DNA of 64,000 bases from Dendrobates tinctorius (Eukaryota). Below are positions 25,053-37,904 of the stretch, in pieces. The stretch is taken from NCBI RefSeq assembly GCF_039654945.1, contig NW_027361676.1:32736001-32800000 (forward strand). Reading direction: 5' to 3'. The notes under the pieces are model-generated. The model was not told the DNA's origin, made no database searches, and saw nothing but the letters and a program-made list of their open reading frames with translations. Both the position numbers and the translations under genes were made by a program. Each line of letters opens with the position of its first letter. Within the stretch, counting starts at the first letter, position 1.

Positions 25053-26162
25053 AAAAAAAAAAAAAAAAGGGGATCGTTCCAGCTACTAAAAAACTTGCTT
25101 TATTGAAGAAAATTTAAAATAACAGCATGTCGGCTTTCTCCTCTACAGCAAAAGGATGCGCTGGGGGGCACTAGAAACAGCTATGCGTTTCGATCCACTA
25201 TGGATCTTTTTCACAGCTGTAGATTGAGGGAGTAACACAAATCTTATACACATCAAGAGCCAATAGCAGATACACTTTCAGTCACATGATTAGACACTAA
25301 GATACTTTGCACTTTTCTCAGAGAAAATGGAGATTTGCGTTATGCTGACAGATAAAATAATTATTTCACATTAATAACAAATACAAATTAAAAAAGAAAA
25401 AATATAGAAATAACCAATTAATAATGGTACATGATTTCAGTTCTTTAATTTAGACCACTAGGATATCTGGACCCCAAGCAAAAAATCCAGAAAGCCTCCC
25501 TTGTAAGAAGACGTCTTTTTACATCTCCTCCACATTTTAAATTTTTAATGCATTCAATTCCCACTACAGACATTGCATCCAAATTACCATTGTGGTGCAT
25601 TAAAAAATGTTTTGAAGCCATAGAAATATTGCGTGTGTTTAAATTATTATTCTCTACATCCCTAATATGCTCCAAAATCACAGTTTTAAGTTTCCTTGTT
25701 GTGCATCCTATATAGAACAAATTGCATATTTCACAGTGTATTTTATAAACTACGTTTTCTGTTTTGCAATAAATTGTTTTATGTTGTAAGCTTGAACATT
25801 ATTGAGGTCACTAAATTTTTTAACCCTTTGTGTGTATCTGCACATTTTACATTTATTCTGACCACATCTGTAAAAACCTGTAGTTTTTAACCAATTATCA
25901 GTGGATTGCACTGATGGGAAAAAACCTGGAGAAATGATGTCCCCAATTGTAGGAGCATGCCTAGCTATCACATTAGTGCCAGTTTGTAATATTTTAACCA
26001 AAGTTTCGTCCTCATATAAAATTGGTAAGCACTCATAAAAACCTTCCCTGATTTTATTAAATTGAAAACTATATTCCAGACTGACGAACATTTTTTTATT
26101 TATATCCCCTCTCACTTTGTTTTTATTATTTGGTTCCAATAGACTAATTCTGTCCCTATTGA
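25053..26162 (-). mobile_element. Penelope-like (Neptune) fragment: Cys linker, GIY-YIG endonuclease and pseudo-LTR (duplicate ~29623-30732)
   Basis: GFYRCGQNKCKMC linker; FYIGCTTRKLK..EH; REAFWIFCLGSRYPSGLN. Confidence 0.88.
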
Positions 26163-27782
26163 AGTTAGTGATATGTTGAAGAGGTGGGTTAGGGATGGGT
26201 TAAGAGTGGTGGTGAGGTTGGGGAGGAGGTGGGAAGGGGGTCGAGTGCACAGGTGGTGAGGTGCGATTTGAAGATGAGAAAATTAAGCTCCCCTTCAGTG
26301 ATGTTGGAGAGTGAGGTTATGGTATTTAGGCATTGGTCTGGTATACAAAGTGGTTGTGGTGGTTGAACAATGAAGACTTGCCTTGTTTGGTCGATCTTAT
26401 TTTTGAAGTGTCTGGCAAAGTCCTCAGGAGACATGAGGGAGGTTGGAGGTGGCAGTGCTGGGTAGAGGAGGTAGTTAAAAGTTTTGAACAACTGTTTGGG
26501 GTTGTAGGATAGGCAAGATACAAGGGTTGTGAAGTAGGCCTGTTTAGCAGAGGTGAGGGAAGATTTGAAAGCGACTGTTGCCTGTCTGAATGCAGTGAAG
26601 TAGTCTTGCGAATTTGCTTTCTTCCAACGCCGCTCTGCAGCCCTGGACACTTGTCGGAGCTTTTTAGTGGTGTTACTGTGCCAGGGTTGTCTGTCGATAC
26701 GTCACACTCTGCCATGAACGAGAGGGGCGACTGCGTAAATAGCTGCTGCGAGAGTGGAATTGTAGAAAGCAGTGGCACTGTGTGTCGTGGAGTGAGGTTA
26801 TGGATGCCAGTGGAAAACAATTGCGTGTTCGCTTTGCATGTCACAGCGCTGCATTGTCTGTCCGAAACCTTCCTCCCTTTGTGTCGAATGAACTTATGGA
26901 TGCCAGTGGTAGAATAGACAAGTTGCAAGTGACCACTGTCAAAGGCGCTCAGGACACGATGTCAAAGGGTACTTTCTTTACTGCACAACGTGTTTCGACA
27001 GCCAGACACCGTGTTCATCAGGTGGCAAGCTTGGCATCTGACCATCGAAACGCATTGTGAAATAAAGAAAGCACTCTTTGACATTGTGTCCTGAGCGCTC
27101 CTTTGACCGTGGTCACTTGCAACTTGTCTTTTCTTTCCTCTCTTGAGGGCACACGGCTGGAGCTGCGGCGGATCGCTTAAACCACATAACTCCCTGTGGC
27201 CTTATCCTCAACGCTCCATGGAGACCGCAATCTCATCCTCTCTTAGGATTGTCAAAGAGCACATTATTATTTATTTTTATATAGCGACATTAATTCCATG
27301 GTGCTGTACATGAGAAGGGGTTACACACAAAGTAAGAGATACAGTTTACAGTAAACAAGCTTAAGGGTACTTCACACATAGCAAGATCGTTAGCGAGATC
27401 ACTGAAACGTCACAGGTTTTGTGACGCAACAGCGACCTCGCCACGTGTGACACATAGCGGCGACCAGCCCCCCACTGCGATATCGCTGATCGTGATCGAA
27501 TGTCCTTGTTGGTGTCCCGCTGGCCAGCATGCATAGCTGTGTTTGACGCCATAACAACGACGAGCGACCTCGTTGGCGACTCAAAACTCAGGGACGCAGG
27601 CATGATTTTGCTTGGTCTTTTCAATGCCCCCTCAACTCCGATTGGTAGTCTCAAATTAGGATCTTTCTAGCGTTTCCTTTTATAGGTCAGCTATCAATTG
27701 TATGCAATCATAACATTTAACATGTACAGTTATAATAATCGCGTGTCCCCGTATCAGTGACTGTGGAGCCACGAATAAATAA

Positions 27783-28064
27783 TAATAATAATAATAATCT
27801 TTATTTTTATATAGCGCTAACATATTCCGCAGCGCTTTACAGTTTGCACATATTTTCATCACTGTCCCCGATGGGGCTCACAATCTAAATTCCCTATCAG
27901 TATGTCTTTAGAATGTGGGAGGAAACCGGAGTACCCGGAGGAAACCCACGCAAACACGGGGAGAACATACAAACTCCTTGCAGATGTTGTCCATGGTGGG
28001 ATTCGAACCCAGGACCTCAGCGCTGCAAGGCTGCAGCGCTAACCACTGAGCCACCGTGCCGCCC
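27783..28064 (-). mobile_element. Full-length V-SINE (tRNA head, V-domain, L2-type tail)
   Basis: A box GTGGCTCAGTGG, B box GGTTCGAATCC, V-domain GTGGGTTTCCTCCGGGTACTCCGGTTTCCTCCCAC, (ATT)n tail; TSD ATAAATAA; empty site in copy 1 at ~23483. Confidence 0.95.
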
Positions 28065-31000
28065 ATAAATAAGAGCACTAGCGACTCAAGACAGGGACGC
28101 TGAAGCAAACAGCGTAGTGATAGCGCAGAAGTGGCCACCAATCGGAGCAGAGGGACGTGGAAAAGGCAACGCTGAAGCATGCCTATCGAGGTCTGAGTCG
28201 TCAGAATAGCTGCTGTGTGACAAGGTCCCAACGACCGCCGAGGTCGTTATACGGATCGCCGTATCGTTGCGTAGATCTGCCTGTTTGACAGCTTACTAGT
28301 GACCATGTAGCGACATACCAGCGATCCTTACCAGGTCGTATCATTGTCGGGAGCGCTGGAGCGTCGCTATGTGTAACCGCACCCTTCCAATGACAGACTA
28401 GTACAGAGGGGAAAGAACCCTGTCCTTGCGGACTAACACTACGGGATAATGGGGAAGAGGCAGAAGCTCAGGTGGTGGTGAGGCGGCAGAATGGGTATTG
28501 CAGGCTGTAAGTTTTCCTGAAGAGATGGGATTTCAGGTTCTGTCTGAAGGATCCAAAGGTGGTGGATAATCGGACATGTTGAGGCGTGGAATTCCAGAGG
28601 ATAGGGGATATTCGGGAGAAATCTTGGAGGCGGTTGTGTGAGGAACTTATAAATGTGGAGGAGAGTAGTAGGTCTTGGGAGGATCGAAGATTACGTGAGG
28701 GAAGATAGTTGGAGTTTAGTTCAGAGATATAGGGAGGGGACAGGTTGTGGATGGCTTTGTAGGTCAGTGTTAGTAGTTTGAACTGGATTCATTGGGGAGT
28801 TGGGAGCCTGTGGAGGGATTTGCAGAGGGGAGAAACAGGAGCAGCGAGGAGAGGTGGATTAGTAGGGCAGCAGAGTTGAGGACAGACTGGAGCGGTGAAA
28901 GAGTTGGCGGGGAGGCCACAGAGGAGGGTGTTGCAGTAATCAAGACGCGAGATGATGAGGGCATGCACAAGAGTTTTAGTAGATTGAGGGCAGAGGAAGG
29001 GACGGATTCTGGAAATATTTTTGAGTTTGAGGCGACAGGAGGTGGCAAGAGTTTGGACGTGTGGTTTGAAGGACAGGGCAGAGTCGAGAGTTACTCCGAG
29101 ACAGCGGATTTCAGATGCGGGAGAGAGCGTGATGCCATTTACCATAATAGATAAATCGGGTAGGGGAGATACCCGAGATGGAGGAAAGATGAGGAATTTG
29201 GTTTTGTCTACATTGAGTTTTAGGAAGCGAGAGGTGAAGGAGAAGGATATGGCTGATAGACACTCCGGGATTCTGGACAGCAGAGAGGTGACATAGATCT
29301 GAGTGTTGTCTGAAACAGGTCGAACTAGAAGCCATGGGACTTTAGGAGTTGTCCTAGGCCAAGAGTATAGAGTCATTAGTGATTTTGGTCAGGGCAGTTT
29401 CGGTGGAGTGGTGGTGACAGAAGCCAGATTGAAGGTGGTCAAGGAAAGAGTTAGATGAGATGAGAGGTGGGAGGAAAAATGAGCATGGACATGCTGCTCA
29501 AGGAGTTTGGAAGCGAACGGGAACAGTGATATGGGGAGATAGCTGGGCATAGCAGTTGGGTCAAGGTTTGTTTTTTTGAGGATGGGTGTGATGGTGGCAT
29601 GTTTGAAGGCAGAGGGGAAGGTAAAAAAAAAAAAAAAAAGGGGATCGTTCCAGCTACTAAAAAACTTGCTTTATTGAAGAAAATTTAAAATAACAGCATG
29701 TCGGCTTTCTCCTCTACAGCAAAAGGATGCGCTGGGGGGCACTAGAAACAGCTACGCGTTTCGATCCACTATGGATCTTTTTCACAGCTGTAGATTGAGG
29801 GAGTAACACAAATCTTATACACATCAAGAGCCAATAGCAGATACACTTTCAGTCACATGATTAGACACTAAGATACTTTGCACTTTTCTCAGAGAAAATG
29901 GAGATTTGCGTTATGCTGACAGATAAAATAATTATTTCACATTAATAACAAATACAAATTAAAAAAGAAAAAATATAGAAATAACCAATTAATAATGGTA
30001 CATGATTTCAGTTCTTTAATTTAGACCACTAGGATATCTGGACCCCAAGCAAAAAATCCAGAAAGCCTCCCTTGTAAGAAGACGTCTTTTTACATCTCCT
30101 CCACATTTTAAATTTTTAATGCATTCAATTCCCACTACAGACATTGCATCCAAATTACCATTGTGGTGCATTAAAAATGTTTTGAAGCCATAGAAATATT
30201 GCGTGTGTTTAAATTATTATTCTCTACATCCCTAATATGCTCCAAAATCACAGTTTTAAGTTTCCTTGTTGTGCATCCTATATAGAACAAATTGCATATT
30301 TCACAGTGTATTTTATAAACTACGTTTTCTGTTTTGCAATAAATTGTTTTATGTTGTAAGCTTGAACATTATTGAGGTCACTAAATTTTTTAACCCTTTG
30401 TGTGTATCTGCACATTTTACATTTATTCTGACCACATCTGTAAAAACCTGTAGTTTTTAACCAATTATCAGTGGATTGCACTGATGGGAAAAAACCTGGA
30501 GAAATGATGTCCCCAATTGTAGGAGCATGCCTAGCTATCACATTAGTGCCAGTTTGTAATATTTTAACCAAAGTTTCGTCCTCATATAAAATTGGTAAGC
30601 ACTCATAAAAACCTTCCCTGATTTTATTAAATTGAAAACTATATTCCAGACTGACAAACATTTTTTTATTTAAATCCCCTCTCACTTTGTTTTTATTATT
30701 TGGTTCCAATAGACTAATTCTGTCCCTATTGAAGTTAGTGATATGTTGAAGAGGTGGGTTAGGGATGGGTTAAGAGTGGTGGTGAGGTTGGGGAGGAGGT
30801 GGGAAGGGGGTCGAGTGCACAGGTGGTGAGGTGCGATTTGAAGATGAGAAAATTAAGCTCCCCTTCAGTGATGTTGGAGAGTGAGGTTATGGTATTTAGG
30901 CATTGGTCTGGTATACAAAGTGGTTGTGGTGGTTGAACAATGAAGACTTGCCTTGTTTGGTCGATCTTATTTTTGAAGTGTCTGGCAAAGTCCTCAGGAG

Positions 31001-31488
31001 ACATGAGGGAGGTTGGAAGTGGCAGTGCTGGGTAGAGGAGGTAGTTAAAAGTTTTGAACAACTGTTTGGGGTTGTAGGATAGGCAAGATACAAGGGTTGT
31101 GAAGTAGGCCTGTTTAGCAGAGGTGAGGGAAGATTTGAAAGCGACTGTTGCCTGTCTGAATGCAGTGAAGTAGTCTTGCGAATTTGCTTTCTTCCAACGC
31201 CGCTCTGCAGCCCTGGACACTTGTCGGAGCTTTTTAGTGGTGTTACTGTGCCAGGGTTGTCTGTCAATACGTCACACTCTGCCATGAACGAGAGGGGCGA
31301 CTGCGTAAATAGCTGCTGCGAGAGTGGAATTGTAGAAAGCAGTGGCACTGTGTGTCGTGGAGTGAGGTTATGGATGCCAGTGGAAAACAATTGCGTGTTC
31401 GCTTTGCATGTCACAGCGCTGCATTGTCTGTCCGAAACCTTCCTCCCTTTGTGTCGAATGAACTTATGGATGCCAGTGGTAGAATAGA

Positions 31489-31814
31489 CAAGTTGCAAGT
31501 GACCACTGTCAAAGGCGCTCAGGACACGATGTCAAAGGGTACTTTCTTTACTGCACAACGTGTTTCGACAGCCAGACACCGTGTTCATCAGGTGGCAAGC
31601 TTGGCATCTGACCATCGAAACGCATTGTGAAATAAAGAAAGCACTCTTTGACATTGTGTCCTGAGCGCTCCTTTGACCGTGGTCACTTGCAACTTGTCTT
31701 TTCTTTCCTCTCTTGAGGGCACACGGCTGGAGCTCCAGCGGATCGCTTAAACCACATAACTCCCTGTGGCCTTATCCTCAACGCTCCATGGAGACCGCAA
31801 TCTCATCCTCTCTT
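31489..31814. mobile_element. Fold-back Penelope-type non-autonomous insert with degenerate hammerhead (duplicate ~26919-27244)
   Basis: TSD AGTGGT(A/G)GAATAGA (31475-31488 and 31815-31828); ~80-bp inverted arms; minus strand CAC-CTGATGA...GAAACACGTT-GTG. Confidence 0.75.
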
Positions 31815-33066
31815 AGTGGTGGAATAGAGTCAGAGACCGTCTGGGTGTCTAGGTGTGCGAGGTTTCTGCGGGGGTGCGCATGTTGCTGGACAGGGGTGAC
31901 AGGTGAGGAGGACAGGGGTGAGAAAGTGAGTAGCTGGTGGTTGGATAGAGGGAGAGGGAAGGTGGTGAAGTTAGATAGAGAACAGAGACGGGTGAAGACC
32001 AGGTCTAATGTATGTCCGTCAGTGTGGTGTGGATGGCTGAGGAACACCACTGAGCAAGTCCAAAAGATGAAGTAAGGGACGGGAGTTTGCAGGCTGTTGA
32101 CTGAAGGGTATCAGTGGGGATGTCAGTTGAAAGAAAGTGAAGAAGCCAGGTAGAGAAATGGTCAATAAAGGCAGTGGTTGAGCCTAGAGGTTGGTATATG
32201 ACGGCCACTTGGAGGTTGGAGGGAGAGTAGATGCGGACAGAGTGGACTTCAAAAGAGGGGAGGATAAGGGAGAGAAGAGGTGGGATTGGGTTAAAGGTGC
32301 AGTTAGAAGAAAGGAGAAGACCCACTCCTCCACTGTGTCTGTTGCCGGGACGAAGTGTGGGTGAAATGGAGGCCGCCGTAAAACAGCGCAGCAGGGGAGG
32401 CGGTGTCAGAGTATGTCAGCCATGTTTTTGTGAGGCCAAGGATGGCAAGATTGCAAAAGAGAAAGAGGTCATGAATCACATGAAGCTTATTGCAAATGGA
32501 GCGGGAATTCCAGAGTGCTCCAGAGAGAGGGAGCAGGCGAGTTCATATTAGATAGGGAGTGGTAGGAGGGGGTAGTAATGGGAGGTATGATCTGTGGGGG
32601 GCCCAGGATTGTGAAATATGTCGCCAGCAGTGAGGAGAAGCAGAGAAAGGAAGAGCAAGTGGAAGAAGGAGAGTGGGTGACTTGTTTCATGTTTTAGTAG
32701 GACAGATCTGAGGAGCAGGTCAGCAGTGGAGGTCAGGTGGGAAGGAAAGAGGGGAAAGGAGATGATTATTAGTTTAGAGGGTGCTGGGGTTTGGAGATAG
32801 CGAAGGAGATAAATGGAGCAAACTGTGAGGGCATATGTAAACCTGGTGAAGGAGTAAGATGGGTTAACAGAAAAGCTAGGTCTAAGTAATAAGAAGTGCT
32901 TACTCGGCAGACATACCCAAAAGAGACAGTGTGGGGTCCTGACTCCTGCCGTGACTAACTGCCGTTGAAATAACTGCAGCTTCTCAATACTTTAGCTGCA
33001 GCGATACGTGTGCCAGACCCCACACGCGTGCCTCCCCTTAGGTTGCTACTAAATTTATAGAACTGA

Positions 33067-33429
33067 AGAACCATAAGAGAAAAATGGGAGCTTACATCTC
33101 TCAAATATATATCAATATATAGTGCCTGTATAGTTGCACCATGGTTTCATCATTGTCCACTGGTCTTTTATTATTGTTTCTCACTATATGTGTGATGTAA
33201 ACTATGTTGCATGTAACTGTGTCCCTTTGAATAAAATGTATTACATTTTTGCATAAAGCGGACGTTTTCCATTTTTTTATGGTCCAATTGTGCACACATG
33301 AATATTTGATATATATTTGAGGGATGTAAGCTCCCATTTTTCCCTTATGGTTCTACATTATGTGGGGAGTATCTCGCTGCATTATTAAGCATGCCATATT
33401 TTTCTCTCTTTGGTCCTTGGTACGTTTTC
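33067..33429. mobile_element. Fold-back insertion with 14-bp TSD, probably Penelope-type
   Basis: ATTTATAGAACTGA at 33053-33066 and 33430-33443; inverted repeat 33067-33118 vs ~33302-33354. Confidence 0.7.
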
Positions 33430-33623
33430 ATTTATAGAACTGAGTAGAGGATCAGGTGACAGGGATTGTGGGAACTGGTTTGGGATAAATTACCAATTTG
33501 CTAGCACACCAGGGGAGGTTAGATGATCAAAGGCACTGGGCCTGGCTACATCCATATGCTTTATATAACACCTTGCACCAGATAACACCTCTAGTGGCCC
33601 CAGTATGGATATACAGCAGTTAA

Positions 33624-33987
33624 GGCCCCGTCACACTAAGCGATCTCGCTAGCGAGATCGCTGATTTTGTGACACGCCAGCGAGATCGCTGTGTGACGGG
33701 GGATCAGCGACCGGCCCCCATGCTGGATATTGCTGATCGTGCTCGAGCGGCCTGGGCCGTTTTTCGATCGCTGGTCTCCCGCTGCCCAGCGCGCATTGCT
33801 GCGTGTAGCAGCGAGAGACCAGCGACGCTGGTTGCTAATGTAAACGTCGGGTATCCAGGAGCTGGTCCTGATCGCTGGGGCTGTCTGTGTGACAGCTCAC
33901 CAGCGATCAGCCTAACGATGTCCCATCGATCCCATCATGTCGGATCATTGGTGGAATAGCTGGGACATCGTTTAGTGTGACGGGCCC
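33624..33987. mobile_element. Harbinger-type MITE
   Basis: GGCCCCGTCACACTAA / TTAGTGTGACGGGCCC; TWA flanks. Confidence 0.85.
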
Positions 33988-34056
33988 TTAAGTATTGAGT
34001 ACAATGCACTAAATGAATTTAGGAAAGATTCAACAGGCACTGTTACATAGCATTAA

Positions 34057-36323
34057 CCCCTTCCTGACCTGTGACGCCTATGTGGAGTCATGGCGAGATC
34101 GCGTTCCTGCGGGTCGGGTGACCGGAGTCACTGAAATTTCACCTGACCCGCAGGTACAGGACCTGTACTTGACCCCAGGGGTCACGATCGCTCCGATTGG
34201 CAGTTTCACTTTCAACAGCCAATCAGAGCAATTGTAATATTTCACCAATGAAACTTGGTGAAATATCATAATCCAGCCATGGCTGGAGACCGCGATCTGC
34301 TGCCCCCACGACTGACGGCGGCAATCTGCCACCGCCGTCAGTATTTCCTCCCCTCCGTTCTTCCTCTGCTCCCCTCTTCTGCCCTCCACCGTCCTATTCT
34401 ACCCCTCACCGGTACCTCCCGGCGTCGATCCTGGTGTCCCTCCGCCTCGATGCCTTCCCCCATGGGCACCGCCATCTTCTTGTGGTAAAAAAAAATGCCC
34501 GCCAGCATCTATGAGCCAGCACCCTGCAGATTTCATTCATTCATTCCAGGTACATTTTGATCACTGTGATAGACCCCATCACAGTGATCCAAAAAAAAAA
34601 AAAAAATAGTAACCCCCCCCCCCTTAGGGAAAAATATAATAAAATAAAACAAATGTATTTATTTTCATTTTTCCATTAGGGTTAGGGGTGTGTAGGGGTT
34701 ACGCTTGTGGTTAGGGTTGGAGTTAGAATTGAGGGGTTTAGGCACATCAGGGGCTCTCCAAACGCGACATGGCGCCACCATTGATTCCAGCCAATTTTGC
34801 ATTCAAAGAGTCAAACGGTGCTCTCTCCCTTCCGAGCCCCAACGTGTGCCCAAACAGTGGTTTACCCCAACATATGGGGCATCAGCATACTCAGGAAAAA
34901 TTGCACAACTTTGGGGGTTTAATTTCTCCTGTTACCCTTGTGAAAATAAAAAAAATTGGGGGGGCTAAAAAAATCACTTGTGCAAAACAATTTTTTTTAT
35001 TTTCACGGCTCTATACACTTTAGTGAAACACTTGGGGGTTCAAAGTTCTCACGACACATCTAGAAGAGATCCTTGGAAGGAATTTTTCCAAAATGCTGTC
35101 ACTTAAGCAGCTCCAATGTTTAGGCACACAGGGGCTCTCCATACGCGACATGGTGTCCGCTAACGATTGGAGCTAATATTCCATTCAAAAAGTCAAATGG
35201 CGCTCCTTTCCTTCTGAGCCCTGCCATGCGCCCAAACAGTGGTTTATGACCACATATGAGGTATCGATGTACTCAGAAGAAATTGGTCAACAAATTTTAC
35301 AATCCATTTTTTTTTGTTGCCCATGTGAAAATAAAAAAAATTAATGCTAAAAGAAAAGTTGTGTGAAAAAAAAGTACTTTTTCATTTTTACGGCTCAATT
35401 TGTGAAGCACCTGGGGGTTCAAAGTGCTCACTATGCATCTAGTTAAGTTCCTTGTGGGGGGGTTCAGTTTCCAAAATGGGGTTACATGTGGAGGAGCTCC
35501 AATGTTTAGGCACACAGGGGCTCTCCATACGCGACATGGTGTCCGCTAACGATTGGAGCTAATTTTCCATTCAAAAAGTCAAATGGCGCTCCTTCCCTTC
35601 CGAGCCCTGTCGTGTGCCCAGTGGTTTATGACCACATGAGACACCAGGGTACTCAGGAGAAATTGCTCAAAAATTTTAGGATCCATTTTATCCTGTTGCC
35701 CATGTGAAAATGAAAAAAATTGATGCTAAGAGAACATTTTTGTTGGAAAAATTAAAATGTCCATTTTTTTCCTTCCACGTTGCTTTAGTTCCTGTGAATC
35801 ACCTGAAGGGTTAATAATCTTCTTGAATGTGGTTTTGAATAGCTAGAGGTATTGCAGTTCTTAGAATTGTGTCACTTTTCGGTATTTTCTGCCATACAGA
35901 CCCCTCAAAGTGACTTCAAATGTCAGGTGGTCCCTAAAAAAAAATGGTTTTGTAAATTTTGTTGTAAAAATGAGAAATCGCTGGTTAACTTTTAATCCTT
36001 ATAACCTCCTAACGAAAAAAAAAAAAATTTTGTTCCAAAATTTTGCTGATGTAAAGTAGACATGTGGAATATGTTATTTATTAACTATTTTGTGTCACAT
36101 AACTCTTTGGTTTAACAGAATAAAAATTAAAAATTTGAAAATTGCAAAAATTATCGACCTAAATTTACCACTAACATGAAGCCCAATATGTCAAGAAAAA
36201 ACATTCTCAATCGTTAGGATCAGTTGAAGCGTTCCTGAGTTATTACCTCATAAAGGGACACTGGTCAAAATTGCAAAACATGGCCAGGTCATTAAGGTCA
36301 AAATAGGCTGGGTCGTGAAGGGG
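34057..36323. mobile_element. piggyBac-type non-autonomous element with internal ~386-bp repeats
   Basis: TTAA|CCCCTTCCTGACC ... GGTCGTGAAGGGG|TTAA; AGCTCCAATGTTTAGGCACACAGGGG recurs at ~35109 and ~35495. Confidence 0.9.
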
Positions 36324-37131
36324 TTAAAGGGAATGCTGCAGGATGACAAACAGCAGATGAGGTTGTACCATCAAAGGGAATGTTGCAGGATGACAATATA
36401 GAGTTAGATATATATAAGAGTGGGGTGATGCTGTGGACCCCAAATTGGGAGAAAGGGGTGTTTGCATGTGCGACGCTGCAGGTGTTCAGCCGACATTTTG
36501 TGAAAGCCCGGAGCTCCCGTACTTCCATGGTTTACTTTGCGGTGGACTCTGGGAAAATGGCGGCCGGGGTGCGACGCATACGCAGATGGAGATCTTGGCG
36601 CTGATATCTCATCTCTCGAGATCTTGGTGCTGAGATCTCCATCTGTGCATTTGCTGCCCCCGGCAGCCATTTTCCCGGAGTCCACCGCAATGTAAACAAA
36701 GTGCGGGGGTCCCGGGCTTTCACAAAATGTCAGTTGCGGCTTTGAGGAATCTGCCGGGGGGATATATTTGGTTATCCCACCGCTGCCACCAAATGTGATG
36801 ATTTGCAGGGGGGATATATTTGGTTATCCCACCGCTGCCACCAATATGTCATGGATCACAGGGGTGTATGGTTGCCCCCAGTTCTTCAGCAGGGATTTAT
36901 GTATATCCCACTATCCAGTTCCCATTTGGAACTTGCAGCTCTCCGGCGTCCCCCTTACCCCTCAGGTCAGTCAGGAAACTGCACCTAGGATAAGTAGTTG
37001 CTAGATGGGCCGCCTCGCCGTGTTCGGGCTAATGGGAAGGCTGCAGTGAGGGAGATGACTAATCCCGGTCCTAGGCGGGATATACACTTAAACTCCGTCC
37101 GTCACTGCCAGGGTCTCCCCCACAAGCCCAG

Positions 37132-37132
<1 letters not shown>

Positions 37133-37204
<72 letters not shown>
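37133..37204. repeat. (AC)n microsatellite
   Basis: About 35 uninterrupted AC units. Confidence 0.97.
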
Positions 37205-37206
<2 letters not shown>

Positions 37207-37904
37207 CGCCACCACCAGCTCCTGGTTCTATCAAGATCGGGTCAGGAGCCACCGTTCTGTAGCGTTGGCTTGATTTAGCACGGAGGTCGTAGGGATACGT
37301 TATAGAGCAGGGAGAAACAAAGCTAGTAATTTTATATTTTACGCCAAAAAGTAGGCAGTGTTTACAAAAAGTATACGAGATATTATAAAGGGAGACAATA
37401 ACAATATGTACAAAGCAACTACAAAATAAAGGGATGAAAGTAGAAAATAAACTTACATTTTTCTTATAACATGGTAAGCCATGTGGCAGGGAGGAGGAGC
37501 ATATGTCCCAATGCATCAGGCACAGTATCTGCTACGTGACTCCCAGGCCAAGAGAAATAGAGGGGGAGAGAGGGCTCTAGTCCCGTCTGTGTCTTATACC
37601 TGTGCTCAAACTTAAGGCAATCCCACTGTGCCGACCTCACTGGGTGATTGGGAAACTCCCCCTGAACAGTTATGATATACTCCATTACCCATATCTCTTA
37701 GGGTGAGCCTTGTAAAAGAAAGACAAAATTATCATTATGCTCAGCATGACATGGGGGTTCATTTAAATCCAAACATGACTTGGCTACGTGCCTCGGTTAA
37801 TTAGTAATCCACTCCTTGGTTTCTGCTGTTCCCTGAGCTTAGAAAATTCACTGGGGTGTGGTTCTGCCGGTGTAGGCTCCAAATATGTAACTTTTACACC
37901 TATA

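Larger units (their letters stand above)
22955..31816. repeat. Head-to-tail tandem duplication: copy 1 22955-27246, copy 2 27247-31816
   Basis: Both copies start GATTGTCAAAGAGCAC and end CTCTCTTAG; paired near-identical ORFs in the track; copy 2 has an extra SINE and an 11-bp deletion. Confidence 0.97.
22970..33050 (-). mobile_element. Long decayed L2 LINE (3' tail at ~22970, endonuclease region 31815-32480), partly duplicated and multiply interrupted
   Basis: ALIISRLDYCN, LKLNVDKTE, RAAERRWKK, HTDGHTLDLVF; (AAT)n tail after GCTATATAAAAATAAA. Confidence 0.88.

Noticed and set aside
27990-28064. tRNA gene
   Set aside because: It is the tRNA-derived head of a SINE with V-domain, tail and TSD.
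34676-34730. Interstitial telomere (TTAGGG-like)
   Set aside because: A few degenerate units internal to a piggyBac-type element.
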